Assembly (NCBI RefSeq): GCF_006345805.1
Contig: NC_043000.1
Span: forward strand, 49,166,001-49,230,000
Direction: 5' to 3'
Source: Octopus sinensis
Taxonomy: Eukaryota
DNA length: 64,000 nucleotides
The notes under the pieces were generated by a model that saw only the letters and a program-made list of their open reading frames with translations, did not search any database and was not told the origin of the DNA. Each line of letters starts with the position of its first letter. Position 1 is the first letter of the stretch. A program made the translations under genes and the position numbers. Shown here one piece after another: positions 51,101-64,000 of this stretch.

Positions 51101-52334
51101 TAAACATAACCGTGGCTCTCTTCGTGTATTTTATGGAAGATCATATTTTCCCATATCTATGCAAATTTATTCAGTGAAATCAATTCATTATTTGGCATTA
51201 TCTTCTCGTAGAGCCACTGACAATTACCTCAAGGTTCTTTTCTTCTCCAGCTAAGACAGATATTTCAGTTAATCTCATAACTTTTATGCGAATACCATCC
51301 ATTATAACAACTCTTACATTATTTACCTGAATTCATTTCATTCCTCCTCCGTGATTTATTGCTTTTAAATAATATTTTATTCTCGTTCATGCAAATTATT
51401 ACTGATCAAAACCTGCGCAACGCTTTTTCTATATATAAAAATATTGGAAGACTGATCTCGCAAGTTCAAGTCTGAGTACGTTTTGCTGACGATGGTCAGT
51501 GACACAGAAATATCTATAGCTCTCAAATTTTTTATGTCAACACTTTCTGTCGGTTTCCTTTAAATTTATGAAATCCAGGAATTCCTGCTAAATTTCGATC
51601 GTCTATTTAAAAAGATATCTTGAATGAATGAAGACTTGTCTAATGTTAAACTGTAAGCTACACAGTTTTTCACATTAGTCTGCACGTGATTGCAGCAGCA
51701 ATTTCTAAAATACGTTTACGGCTATGTATTATTCATGAATGTTCTGTGTCCTCTATAGCAAAAATTGTAATTGCATCACTATACCCATTACAAATTATCC
51801 ACGAATATCAGGAAGTTATCTTTGAACAATATTCCGAGCTATAACAAAACTAATTTCAGTCATGAAATCCTTTTTGCTTACAATGCAAGAGCAGGGTATT
51901 TTATTGAGGGACAAAGTAAGATTTTGATATTTTTATCATATTTCTTCAGTGTTCTGAGTCAGGAGGAAATTTGGGTGTCAGTAGCTTTCTTATCGATAGA
52001 TATTTTTATGTGTTTAAATAGTAGTTTAAAACTGATTCTTGCAAAGTAGATAAGAGACGGTCTTTTAATCGAGAGCTCAACAGACGAAAATCTTCTAATG
52101 CTGGTTGTAAGCTATTTTCTTGTTCGTATCTATTTTGGACTCTTCGCTTCCTCATTCACCACATTTGAGACATATATAACTTTAACTTTTGCAACTGGTT
52201 TCAAGAAATTAATCGTAAATTATCAACCACAAACGCAGATGTAATTTCTTAATCCGTGAAATTAAACTGTCATAAAAATATGTTTTGCGAAATATTTCCT
52301 AGCGTTTTTCATATCGAATAATGTATTCAATGTA

Positions 52335-53060
52335 CAGGTTGTTCGGGATAAATTTAATAATTTGCATTAAAGGGAAAGGAAAAACAATATCTTATCCAAA
52401 ACTAAAAGTACTCTAAACATCAGAACAATATTACCTAGATTAAAGTTGGTAGATAACAGGTTACTTAAAGTAGCTGCACTCAGTTTCAACAACGGCTCAA
52501 AACGACCCCAGAACCTGGTGCAGGTGTTCTTTACTGTGTCGCTGGGAAGATTTTCAAACGCTTCTTTGATCTTGGTCACCAGTTCAACCTCGCTGTTGTA
52601 GACATAGCGGTTGGAATCTTTATCAACCGCACCCGCTCATAAAAAATCGTTGGGATTAAGATCGGGGGTATTTAAAGGCCAGAAAACGGGGCTGATGAAT
52701 ACGTAGAAATTCTCCGATGATCACTTGTCTTTCTGGGGGTGTGGCAATGAACCAAATCCTTCTGTCACTCATTCGGCCTTCCAGTAGCAACTCTCGTCAG
52801 CTAGAGTTTGACCACAGTCTCCAGCAGCTTCATATGGTCGTCTGAATTGAGCCTCAGGCCCTCTTCAAAGATGTGGAGCGGTATCACGTCACCTTCATTA
52901 GTGACACCCCCCCCCAAGTCCATCATGGTTTGGGAGAGCTTGGATTTCATGATGTCCATATCATGTTCTACAGCGTTTATAATGTTGACAGAGCATTGGC
53001 CAGCAATCACGTGTTGGCGCAAATCATCATGATACAGGTAACTCTTTTTCATAATTAAGG
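52335..53060 (-). mobile_element. Tc1/mariner superfamily (maT/DD37D-like) remnant: C-terminal half plus one terminus
   Basis: Minus strand: IMKSKLSQTMM..GGVTNEGDVIPLHIFEEGLRLNSDDHMKLLETVVK..SENFYVFISPVFWPLNTPDLNPNDF..GAVDKDSNR..TKIKEAFENLPSDTVKNTCTRFWGRFE. The terminus is TA|CAGGTTGTTCGG at 52333-52346; no matching second TIR was found. Confidence 0.8.
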
Positions 53061-53689
53061 TAGCTTCCGGTACCACATGTCATCTAAAATTTTGTCAACT
53101 ACAGCTTTAAACCTTATGCTCTATAGCACCGTTGCCTGTTCCCCCAAACTTTGAACTGTTCCTGCAAAGGAGACATAAAATACCGTCACACTTAGCCTGC
53201 ACTTTACTACATCGTCAATCCATGAAAATAGATATCCCTATTCTAATCACTCGAGTAAAGACTGTTATACTCATTTAAAATACATCTGGATCGCATTCAG
53301 CCTCACAGTTTGGACAGGTAATCTTTAGGATGATTGAAATGAAAAGATAAAGGGAATTGCCTGTATATTAATTGTAATTAAACATTAATTACATCTTTTC
53401 ACAAACTTACCGTAGATAAAATCATCTAGGATTAGGTACACATGTTCTCACTATTCAAATATTCACTGTTAGGACACACTTCTGAAACTTTAAAAATATA
53501 TTGAATGAGTTAACTCTTGATATTCCGTTTTCTAGGTTGTCACTTTTGCAACTATTTGGACGCTTGTTTATATATGGCTGACTCTCCACCGTTCTTGTAC
53601 TTCAGCTTTCGATTGTATAACCAAACGTATTCCTACTCCTGAAATTAATGTGCAAATACTGAGTAGTCCACCGAATGACCCAGGTTCAT

Positions 53690-54121
53690 ATAACGTGAGC
53701 CTTCCTTGCGATCACAATATAACGGCGAAAGAATTTGACAAGATCTATAAATATAAAGACTTGCTAATAGAAATTGAAAAAATGTGGCATCTCAAGGCGA
53801 CTACAATACCAGTGATTGTAGGATCTCTAGGAATGATTTAAAAAAAGGTACTGAAACCTATTTGAAAAATGATACCAGGTTTACCATCCCTACAGGAAGT
53901 GCAAAAATCTCCTGTTAACTGGAACGACTCCTGTACTGAGAAGAGCATTATCGCTGTGAAAACAACATCCATTCATGAATTTATTTATTCATTAATTTTT
54001 TAAATACATATTTTATCTGTGAATTTGCGTGTGTAATCTGGGAATGCATACAATGAGTTCCTCTACCCTAGGTGTACGGAAAACACTCGACGAGAAATGG
54101 AAGAAAATATGAAGAAGGATA
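53690..54121 (+). mobile_element. R4/Dong-like LINE extreme 3' end (REL C-terminus + 3' UTR)
   Basis: VSLPCDHNITAKEFDKIYKYKDLLIEIEKMWHLKATTIPVIVGSLGMI, homologous to the C-terminus of the element at 44904-47234. It ends directly in (AAT)n. Confidence 0.88.
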
Positions 54122-54217
<96 letters not shown>

Positions 54218-54243
54218 GATGATGATGATGATGATGATGATGA
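54122..54243. repeat. (AAT)n followed by (GAT)n microsatellite
   Basis: Direct reading; source of the poly-H/Y/S/L ORFs. Confidence 0.97.
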
Positions 54244-54781
54244 TAACATCTCACTCCTCTGGAATTTCACAATTCAAACTGACAGAAAGATAGATGCGAA
54301 TAGGCCAAATTGTAAGAAACATGTAAATTAAAAGCAAATAATAATTATTATTTCAGTTTTGTATTTGGTTTGCAAGATTCTTTATGTGAATTCGTGTATT
54401 GGAGCATATTCTGTTTTAATGCCTTATTAATTAACACAATCACAGGTTCAGTTCCACTTATTTACTTCTTTTTATCTAAAATTCTCGTTGCTTCTTCAAT
54501 AGTTGCTGATTCTGTCCGTTATTCGAGCTGCGTTCTTTGCTGTGTGTGTGTGTACGTGTGAGCATCAATGTGCATGTGAAAATACACATATGTATGCATG
54601 TATGTATGCGTATCGGTGTGTATAAGCATATATAATAGCCACCTACATAATAGTCACCTAACGACTCTACCTGTATATGTATAAACTGAAGGTGCTAGAG
54701 TATTACTACCACCTACGTGTATCTCCTATTTATGACGCGGGATGTTTAATTTATTAAGACATACGCCTGTATTTTTTTTTA

Positions 54782-56560
54782 ATGTTAGGTCTTTCGGGTG
54801 CTTAGATAAAATGCGGATGTCAAGTCGACCCAGTGTGTCTCCGTGTTGGTGTTTGGCATGTTAATAGAGTAAGGAGGACTATTTTTCGTCGTCACATTGT
54901 CTCAAATGTTCATTTAATCCTTCCGCAGCATTTCTAGCTGTTTCATCAATATATGTCATGTTCTTGTCTTTATAAGCACCCTCTATGCACCTCATGCTGC
55001 AGTCTACATTTATAGTTTTACAGCCAATGCCTGGGTTAATCTCACACACCATGCAGTTCTAATCGGTGCATATGGTATTCTCAAAGGGGTAAGTCCTACA
55101 TAACTGTGATCTGATTGCTCTCACTGGTTTTTCAACGATCTTAATGTTAAGTTTGGTCTCTTTCAGAGTTTTGCTAAATCTTCGGATTAGTTCTCCATAG
55201 ACTATGGCCTCTACATAACTCAGTCCTTGTTATTTGTCGGCCTTGTACCATGTGTTCATCCTGTTTGCTTTGTCATAAACTCTCCGTATCATATTTCAAT
55301 ATTTACCTCTTTATCTTGGGCAGGTACCACTGCTTTCATTACATATAATGCTAACTTCTTTCTAGCTCCCCTATTGCATGTGCAATCATTCTTTTCACCT
55401 CATTGTTGTGTCTTGGGTCTGTATGGTCCAACAATTCCAGCGCCCTGTGGTGCTTTTCTTCACTGCCGAGGTGATTGTGGGTGGTCTTCTCCTCTGTGAC
55501 CTGGTGGGGCAGAATCTACTAAACTCATGGTTGTCTCACAAATTAGTCAAAGCTTAGTTTAAGGAGAAGGCCCAGTACCCAAGTGTTGATTTCACGGAAC
55601 TCTACTTCACTCTCACAGATAATTTCAATGCATCTTCCCACAGCAAAATCTACGTCTATAGATGGGTAGAGTGAAACTACATTCATACTACTCACTACAC
55701 AACTTGCAAGATTGTTGGAGTGGTTGCAACTACTGATTCTACTGAGGATATCCTCCGTGCTCCCACAACATTCGAGGACAGTTCAATGAGTAGTCGTAAC
55801 ACCTATGAGAGGAAGTAGGACAACCTATAATTGGTTAGAGATATTCGCTCTGAAAACTGGCCCCATAACAGGGTTTACGTAAGTTCTATGGTCCTTACGT
55901 AGCCCGTATAGCGTACGAACATCGTTGTTGAATGCTTGGAAATTTTGTGCGCTCCGTTTCTTGGGTTGGAGTAGGTTGCACCACATTCCCATGTTTGCTC
56001 TGAGAAATTTTTCCACTGGTTCATGTTCCTGTGGTGCAACTCCACTCATGCTACTGATGTGTTGTTGCATGGTCTGGACATGTTTCTGTGGGCCGTCTAT
56101 CGACAGACTGCCAGACTCGTCCGTAGGGAAGCACACTAATTCCCTGTACCTACTTCGCTGTTTCAATTTTTGTAGGCCTTTGGAAGAAGATGAATTGAGT
56201 TGGTGGATCTCCCCTTCATTATATTTCTTAGCGGTTTTGTTATATCTAAGATGTGTCGGAGTCTATTTCTAGCTAAGGAAATCTTTACTTCTGTCTCATT
56301 GTCAGTCTGTGGTGGGATACATACCCATTCGTTGAAGAGTAAGACTATGGGGTTAGATCCTCGTCATGTCGTATGATTTGTTGTTGGAGTTATAGGAGAC
56401 AGAGTGTCAGGTGCTACAGGTGTTACTATTGTTGTAGTTGTTGTTACGGTTGCTGGTATTGTTGTTACTGGTGGAGGTAGTGCTGCTGCTAGTATTGTGT
56501 TCATTGTTGTTATTGTTGTGGTTGTTATTGTTATAGATGGTGATGGCGGCGGTGTGGACG
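54782..56560 (-). mobile_element. Penelope-like element, degenerate, with an internal deletion of the RT core
   Basis: Minus strand in order: Thr/Pro-rich N-terminus; GLQKLKQRSRYRELVCFPTDESG; LYGLRKDH..GP (PLE YGLPKIHK motif); SMNVVSLYPSID (RT motif A, about 55654-55689); NTWYK; then GIY-YIG-like C..C...P...CKT.NV..C...YI.ET.R..EGL.EH..S.L..HAKHQH..DIRILSKHP. No motif B or YxDD block is recognisable. Confidence 0.8.
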
Positions 56561-56564
56561 ATGC

Positions 56565-57725
56565 TGTGGTTTATAACTTGTTTATAAATCGTTTTTGCTA
56601 TTTTTGTTTAGAGATGGATAAGTCGGAAATTCGTACAATTTTGAAATATGGGTTCTTTCTTGGAAATACAGCATCACAGACAGATCGGAATATTAACGGA
56701 GTATTTCATTATAATGTTATTATACAGCAGACAGTATCAAATTGGCTTGCAAAATTTCGTTCTGGTAATTTTGACCTCACAAATGAGCAATGCGGTCGAC
56801 CAGAAATAAAGGTAGATAATGAAGAACCTGAAGCCACCGTCGAGTTAGATCCATCTCAAAGTGCTCGTGAATTATCGTTGTTGTTTGGTGCTAGCAAGCA
56901 AACGATATTGACTCACCTAGTTCAAATCGGTAAAGTGAAAAAGTTGGATAAGTGGGTTCCACATAAACTCAATGAAAATCAGAAACAGTAACGGTTTGGA
57001 AGCCTGCATTATGCTACTTTCTCGTCACTAAAAGGAATAATTTTGTAATCGAATTGTAGCATGTGATGAGAAATAGATCCAATACAACAACCGTAAACGT
57101 TCAGCACAATGGTTGGGCAACGTCGAGCCACCAACACACCGTTTAAAAAGCAAAATTCATCAAAAGAATCTGACAGTATGTGTTTGGTGGTCTGGCGCAG
57201 GTGTGACCTATTATGATTCCATTCAACCTGGCTCATCAATCACAGCCGAAGTACACTGCAGCCAACTGGACCAAATGATGCAGAAACTTACAAAAGAACA
57301 GCCTAGTTTAGTCAACTGATCCACTCTTATTTTATTGCAAGACAAAGCCAGACCACACATCACAAAAAATTACATTGGTGAAACTATAGGAGTTGGAGTT
57401 GGAAGTTCTCTGTCTTCACTCTTACTCGCCTAATCTTGCCCCCACAGACTACCACTGCTTCCAGAATTTGGCTAACTTTTTGATAGGAAAAAAATTTAAT
57501 TCCGACGATGCTGTAAAACAGGAAACAGGTCTTCCAAGATTTTATTGACTCTAGATTGCCAGGATTTTACTGTTCCGGGTTGGACAAGCCACGGTTAAAA
57601 TGGCAAAAGTGTATTGACAATATGGGTGCATACTTTGATTACTAAAACTATTTCTTGTATTTATAAAACATCAGTTTTATAAAATACTTTTTTCTTTTCT
57701 ACAAATTTCATACTTGACGACCTAA
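56565..57725 (+). mobile_element. Mariner element lacking its 5' TIR; transposase pseudogene at 56614-57645
   Basis: MDKSEIRTILKYGF..WLAKFRSGNFDL..GKVKKLDKWVPHKLNENQKQ*, then IVACDEK, QKNLTVCVWW, QDKARPH, YSPNLAPTDYH, WQKCIDNMGAYFDY*. The 3' terminus is catacttgacgacctaa|TA at 57725-57727. Confidence 0.93.
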
Positions 57726-58489
57726 TACAACAACGAGAATCAAAACAATAAGAATAATAATATTGGTGCAGTACCAGGCACTGGCTCTCATAGCTTCTGA
57801 TCTTAACTGATTGGAAGTGTTATCATGTACATGCTTTGTCTTGGTGTAAAAGATGGGCTTCAGCAAATATTCTGCTCAATACCATAGATTTGCTTGTCAG
57901 TTGTTTGACCTCAACTAGTTGAGCATGTTCCTTAGTGGCTAACAATATATGCATCTCTGATCATAAGCAGGAGTAGTGGGAGAGCATCATAGCCATGTGT
58001 TGAGAGAAAATCTTTGGAATTTGAATAATTCACCTCTGGAAACATGGGCGTTTCGTTCAACATCCTCAAACAATCCTTATTGAAGTACCGTTTGGGCGGA
58101 ATGGTCTTGGAACTTTACGAATCCTCCACAAATTCTCGAATCCTCAATGAAGAGTATTGACTTTCATCCGCTGGTTGTCGACAGCTTACACGTTTTCACA
58201 TCCTCCACATCCTGAGCTAGTCCATATTTTATTGTACGTTGCCATTACTTTCGTAACTTTTTAACATCTGTTTCGTAAGCACTCTATTCTTATTTTAGAT
58301 AACTTCAATGTCATGAGATCGTTTGTATTATATAAGCAAAAATCTTAAAATTTGTAGAGAAGATAGTAGATGAAATATCTATTTCGTCCTCACCATCATG
58401 AGAAAAAATATCAAAAGTGGTACGAAATTTATATAAGAAAATAGAAAAACAGGTTTTGTTCGCCGGCAAAGATTCCACTGTGACTTACT

Positions 58490-59250
58490 CAGGTCAAAAA
58501 CGCACCACAGCCTGCATATACAGGACCCAAAGGCAGTGAGAGACTTGTAGATGAGTATGTATAATGATGATGCACATTATATAAGATGGCAGCGTAGTTC
58601 CGACAACTGGCAGGTGGATACTAAGGTCCTTCAAGACCGGAGTCAAAGACCTCATACTGACCATGTGAAGGAAATTTGCTCTGAGCCGCCTGGATTACTG
58701 CTCTCAGTTATGGTCGCCACATAACGCCAAACTAACATCAGAGCTTGCAGCGCTCCACCGTCATTATATAAAATGATTGTAATAGTGCAGCTGATGAACT
58801 ACGGGGAGAGACTAATAATATTACGACTTTACTCCCTGAAGCGAAGACGCGACAGGTGTGTAATAATTCACATATGGAAAATTCTTGAAGTACTAGTACA
58901 TAGTTTCGCCATCGAGTGTTTAATAAAATGACAGAATTGGACGTCATTGTATTGTACCAAAGGTACCGTCCACTCCAACTAGTTAAGAACAGTTACTGCA
59001 ACAGCCTTGGGTCAAAGGCCCACAGTCTTCAATATTCTGCCACAAAAACTAAGCAACTTATGCAAGGTGGTCGTGGATGTCTTCAAAAATGAGCCAGACA
59101 TTCTCTTCTCCACAATACCGAATGAAACAACGTCCAGGCACGAGTTATAGATGAGGGTAACAGTGTCAAACTCACTTATACACCAAATGAGCCAACAACC
59201 AAGGGGAAAACACAAAGGTGAGGTGAAACGAAACCCACCACTCTGAAGAA
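58490..59250 (+). mobile_element. CR1-group LINE 3' fragment (post-RT region), degenerate
   Basis: Frameshifted blocks QLAGWILRSFKT..LSRLDYCSQLWSPH..NYGERL..LRLYSLKRRRDR..IHIWKILE..FNILP..VFKNE.D..SNSLIHQ, typical of CR1/L2-group ORF2 ends. Confidence 0.82.
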
Positions 59251-61802
59251 ATCAGCACACGCACACACACACAGAAATGCACATACCAATATATATATAT
59301 ATATATATATTGTATTGATAAACTGATTCTTTTTAATTCTGCTCTCGAATATGCATATATATATGTGTGTGTGTATGTATGTATGTATGTGTACGCGAGC
59401 ATGTGCGTGAGTGTAGAACTGCATCTCGTAGCATATGTACAACTATAAATAATATCTTGTAAATACTGGGCTGAAAAGCCCTTTGGGGTAGAAAATATCA
59501 AAGGCTACCATTGGAACACGAACGCACACGTCTTGTAGACGTGACATACGTTCTACCATATATTATGAGGATGAAACTGCAACAACATTTTATATAAACT
59601 TGTCCAGTCTGTCGGTATATTACTGTCCATTGAGACATTCTATAAATATGGCGTTTAAGTCTGTCTTTTATATATAGTAAATTTATTTAATTTATGAACG
59701 CAGTAACGGCTAAATACTATTGGTATGTCAGTAATATATGTAACAGAACTAACAGCCGGAAACGTATCAAATATACAATTCAGTCTAACTGATTTACTTA
59801 TAAGAGTGATACGAGAAGCTATAAAAACAGTTATGCGGCAGCAATAATGTATAAAGTAACCGATTACTGATTAAACCATAAGAAAAGTTGAAATGACCCC
59901 GTCCACCAGTCTTTCATTTACCACCAACGGTAAGATTGTTTAAACAAGAGAAAGATTTAAGTCTTATCTTGAGTATCTACTAAAATTTATCTTACGGAAA
60001 CATTAATGGTTAAGATGCTTGGGTTCACCTCATAGCATGTTTGTGTGTGTGTACACTCATTTATATACATACACACACGCATTTATATACACAGACACAT
60101 ATGCATACATACAATTTTACTGCCTGTCTTAGAAATATATCCTGTTTGTCTCCTAATTCTACTCTCGCTCCTAATGTCTTAATTCGTCTAGAATTCGAAT
60201 TTATTCACTCCTTGTCTCCATGCTTCTTTTAGTTAACTAGATTCCCCCCGTTGCGTGTATAAAACTTCTCTATTTTAGTTGGCCTCATGCACCCGTTTTT
60301 CATATTGAGAAGTTTTATATGAATAAATTCGCTAAAAATATTTTTTCTGAAATTCTTTTTCTTATAATAATTCTGTTCTTTATAATATTTCTTCGTCAGG
60401 TTACTGTGAAATAATCTAGTGGCACTTTTTCTTACATTTTTCGTTGATATTTATTAGGCATCTGTTTTATTGCATTCTTCCCCATGGCTTCAAAGTAAAA
60501 TATTAATCTAAATAAAATGCATGTGATCCTAAACGTAAGTAAAAACATTGAGTTTACTTGGAACTTATTGATTGCTGCTTCAGTAATGATATTTTGTGGA
60601 AGCTAATGTTAAAATCGAAATAGTTTCGAAGACCTAACTCTTTACATTTTCTTTAAAATATGATATTGATGCAAATCCTAAGCCATCATCTTAGTGTAAG
60701 AAAGCGATTGAAAATGGCAAAATATGGAAATCTTGAAAGTGCATTGTTGAAATTGGTTTATTCTTCAACGATCTGTAATGTGAAAACGATTTAAAAATCG
60801 GAATGCAATGAATAATCAAATTTCTTAAAGTGAATGAAGCAGTGCTCGAAATGTGGAAATGGAATAATTCAGGGCGACTTTAAACGAACCAAGTTTAAAG
60901 CACTCTTAATGTCCCATTGAAATTAGTTTTTATAGACAGCTAGTAACCGGAGTAGCTGAGATTTTTAAGGGTGATAATTATGCCCATTAAAACGTTAATG
61001 TTCTGTTAAAACAAACTGAACTGCGGTAGATACTGTGAGAAACTTTCATATTGGCATTTGATGTAAAATGCATTCTTGTTTATATGGCTTGCGGGGAGAT
61101 AAATTCCCACCATCTCTAGCGTCGAGACCACCAGCTCACGCAATTTCGACCATTCTTGGTATCGTCCATGATGGACACTCGACGGCTAGAGATAGCAGTA
61201 ACTAATCTCTACGCCAACGTTATATAGAAAAACAATGTCAGAACAGGCGCTAGTTCCACGATTTGCCAGCAATCTTGTTAAAAAAGCCGATGAGCTTGTT
61301 TTTTAAGAATGACTCTTGTACACAAGGTCCCTAAATATACAAGGTATGTATTTCAGAGTATTATTCCACGTATGCAGACGATAAGGTAGGCAACGTCTAA
61401 ATTTAAAGAATGGGTGATCAGCGTGTCAATATAATTTGAAAGACATAGTACAACCTATTACCAGTACATTATTCTCATTATTTAAAAAAAAAAAGAAGAA
61501 AATATCTAGTACTTGTCACGTTCCTGTTGTTCTTAAATAGCAGAAGCATATCCTCAAAGTTTCTGCTAATGAGACAAAGGTATTACTAATGTGTGATAAC
61601 CCATCTTCTGAAACTGTTGACGATAACGATGATAAAATAAGAAAAATCGTTCATTGGCTTTTTCTTGCCACTCAGTGTAGCAACTACAAGAGATTATATC
61701 ACCCTAATCGTACGACTTCGAAGACATTAAGCTCTAAGTTTGAAATGTATGCAACAACTGGAAATATTTACATAGTGAATATGTAAAGATTTTACGTATT
61801 TA

Positions 61803-61907
61803 CGTGTGTGTGTGTTTGTGTGTGTGCGTGCGTGTGTGAGCGTGTGAGAGAGAGAGTGTGTGTGTGTGTGCGTGTGTGTGTGTACTCGTGAGTGAGTGCG
61901 TGTGTGT
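61803..61907. repeat. (GT)/(GA)/(GC) compound microsatellite
   Basis: Direct reading. Confidence 0.9.
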
Positions 61908-64000
61908 TATAACACTGTTAATATTGATTCGTCAAATTGGAAAATATACGAGATCAGTTTGTGGAAAATAAATATTAAATTTTACTCTAAATTTAATAGT
62001 AAAATCTCATATGTCATTTTCCCTCTGCAATCCGACTTATATTTACTCAGCACATATTCTAGAAAACCTTAATTAAAATACAAGCGCTTTGTCCCAAAAG
62101 ACATGTTTCTCAAATTAGTTGTCCAATTTGGTGATCACATTTATCTAGGTTGTCGATTCATTTGTCAAACTGTGCTTCACTCTGTTCTGTAGCAGTATGA
62201 TTAAGTATATGTTATATGTAACAGATGGGTAAATACAGGTTATGTATGTGTATGAGTGTTAGAGAAAAGAGGTGCGTGTGTTCGTGTGTGAGGAACGGAA
62301 AGTTGAGCGAGAGAGACAAAGAGAGAGAGAGATGATGATGAAAAAAATTACGTGGGAGTGTGAAGAAAATAGAAGTACAGTGAAAATGTATGTTGTTACC
62401 TGATTGGAATGACGCCAAAACAACGAAGAAGTAAGATGGGAATATTTAAAAAGAATATCTAAGAATATTTCTAGTCGTTTCCATCTTGTGTGGAATTGTC
62501 AGTTCTACAAACTAAACAGTATATTTAGTGAAGAATATATCAAGTTGACTTGTAGTAATAACAAATTGGCAACAGAACAATACAATTTAGAAAGAATATA
62601 CTAACATCGTTTTACTGGCAATTAAGCTAATTAATAGTGAATCTTGAAAATAGGAAGTCTGATCGACTTAGTTCAGTCTAATTCTTAATTAATTGGTGTT
62701 AATTAGTGTTTTGTATTTTTTGTTGTCTTTTCTGTCGTGTTGACCCACATTTGTAATCTGTTAATGAAATTATCAAATTGCTTCCCATTAAGCTAACCTG
62801 CTGCGATAGTACGTTAAGTGCATCAAAAAACGAGCTAACGAGTGCTACTGCATGTGATCGCTAAATATGGTGGATATAATAGCTACATCTCCTTCAGATG
62901 GTACCCAACTCTTTTTTCAAACATTGAAATACTCATTAGATGATGGTCCTAGAAACACATAGTGTGAAATCAAAACAAAGCTTAGATAACCACAATTGAA
63001 GAAACACCTTTCGCTTTTAAGTCTCAGCGCGTATGTGAAGTTAAACAATGGTAGTGCTCCAACATGACCCCAGCCTCATGGTTGAAACGCATAAAAGAAA
63101 TCACAACTGCTACTACTATTTCAGGCTCTTAAACGAAGAATAAATTGGTATTCTCCATAAAACCATTATTGAGTTGTGTCCAATTAGTGTTGACAAGTAA
63201 TGCTAACATTCCTTATTTGAAATGCATCTAGCATTAGAACATTTGAATGTATCGATTCTTCTTAAATGTCCATTGCTCAAGCTATTTAATATTTACTTTA
63301 GGGATGATGTATCGTCTTACTATAATGTCATTTTCTTCTTTTGAATAATGTTGTTGCATTTTCTCCACCGAAACCTATTCAATATATTTGACTTATCGTA
63401 AACTCTTATTGTCTCACCTTGCCAAATATCTCATTAAGCAATTTATTAAATGTTTGTAGTCCTCAGAAACATTGACAAGGTTTGACCATATATCTAAATA
63501 TGCATTCATTGAGTGCTTTAGATGTTTTGAAAGCAGTAGAAATAACAACAATTATAATTGTTTATGATTTTATATCAAGTTCAAGTCTGAATTTCAGTGA
63601 ATGCAAGAATAGATTTTAGTATAGATAAAGTGTTTTCCCGAATTATATATTCATTGTTGCACACCACATATTTCCGCATTTGCAGAATCTAAGGCACTGA
63701 CATTTAGACAGTTTCGAATCCCGTATGTACCTATCATGTTTTTAAGTTTCGAAAGTTCAATATATTTATTCATAATATAATCGTCATCGTACTTAACTAT
63801 TTCAAGTGCTTGAGATTGCTTTAATTTTTTTAACTTTAATTTTTAGGCAATTCCCACATCATACAACTTCCCGGATTTCAAAATTACACCCTCTAATATT
63901 GTTACATTCGATAACCTACTTTTCCACCTGTGTCTCGTTCTAGAAGTATAATACGTAGATTCAAATTAGCTTTAACTTCATCACATTAAACTAATAAGTA

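Noticed and set aside
56404-56991. 195-aa ORF with a hydrophobic Val-rich N-terminus fused in frame to a mariner HTH domain (apparent domesticated fusion gene)
   Set aside because: The N-terminal part is the antisense reading of the Thr/Pro-rich low-complexity end of the adjacent Penelope-like element and starts at a GTG. The mariner part has its own ATG at 56614 and decays downstream.
57765-58090. Segment that from memory resembles a high-copy octopus interspersed repeat
   Set aside because: No second copy, terminal structure or coding motif in this window to support a call.
60237-60262. Minus-strand ...cacgcaacggggggaatctag|t resembling a Helitron 3' end
   Set aside because: The hairpin is broken and no 5' TC end or internal similarity to the Helitron at 9275 was found.

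Overview
AT-rich, repeat-saturated animal genomic DNA, most likely an octopus. That assignment rests on the tRNA-derived SINE families, the very dense di/tri/tetranucleotide microsatellites and a divergent GC-rich 5.8S rRNA, judged from recall rather than a database search. No intact multi-exon host gene could be assembled. The only plausible host exon is a short acidic terminal-exon candidate at 35280-35386, and nearly all ORFs in the track are microsatellite or transposon artefacts. The window holds three tRNA-SINE families in many copies; four mariner remnants (one full-length with both TIRs) and a maT-like remnant; a hAT remnant; a complete non-autonomous Helitron; and a 729-bp foldback MITE carrying outward-facing telomeric repeats. 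It also holds three REL-endonuclease (R4/Dong-like) LINE remnants abutting AT-rich simple repeats, Tx1-like and CR1-like LINE fragments, a Penelope-like element lacking its RT catalytic core, and a decayed minimal hammerhead ribozyme. The most striking item is a near full-length mature 5.8S rRNA copy fused directly to the 5' end of a full-length SINE (4144-4526). The two are inserted together into a mariner transposase gene within one imperfect target-site duplication, so this looks like an rRNA-SINE chimeric retrogene. All transposon translations were done by eye, and element boundaries are approximate unless TIR/TSD coordinates are given.
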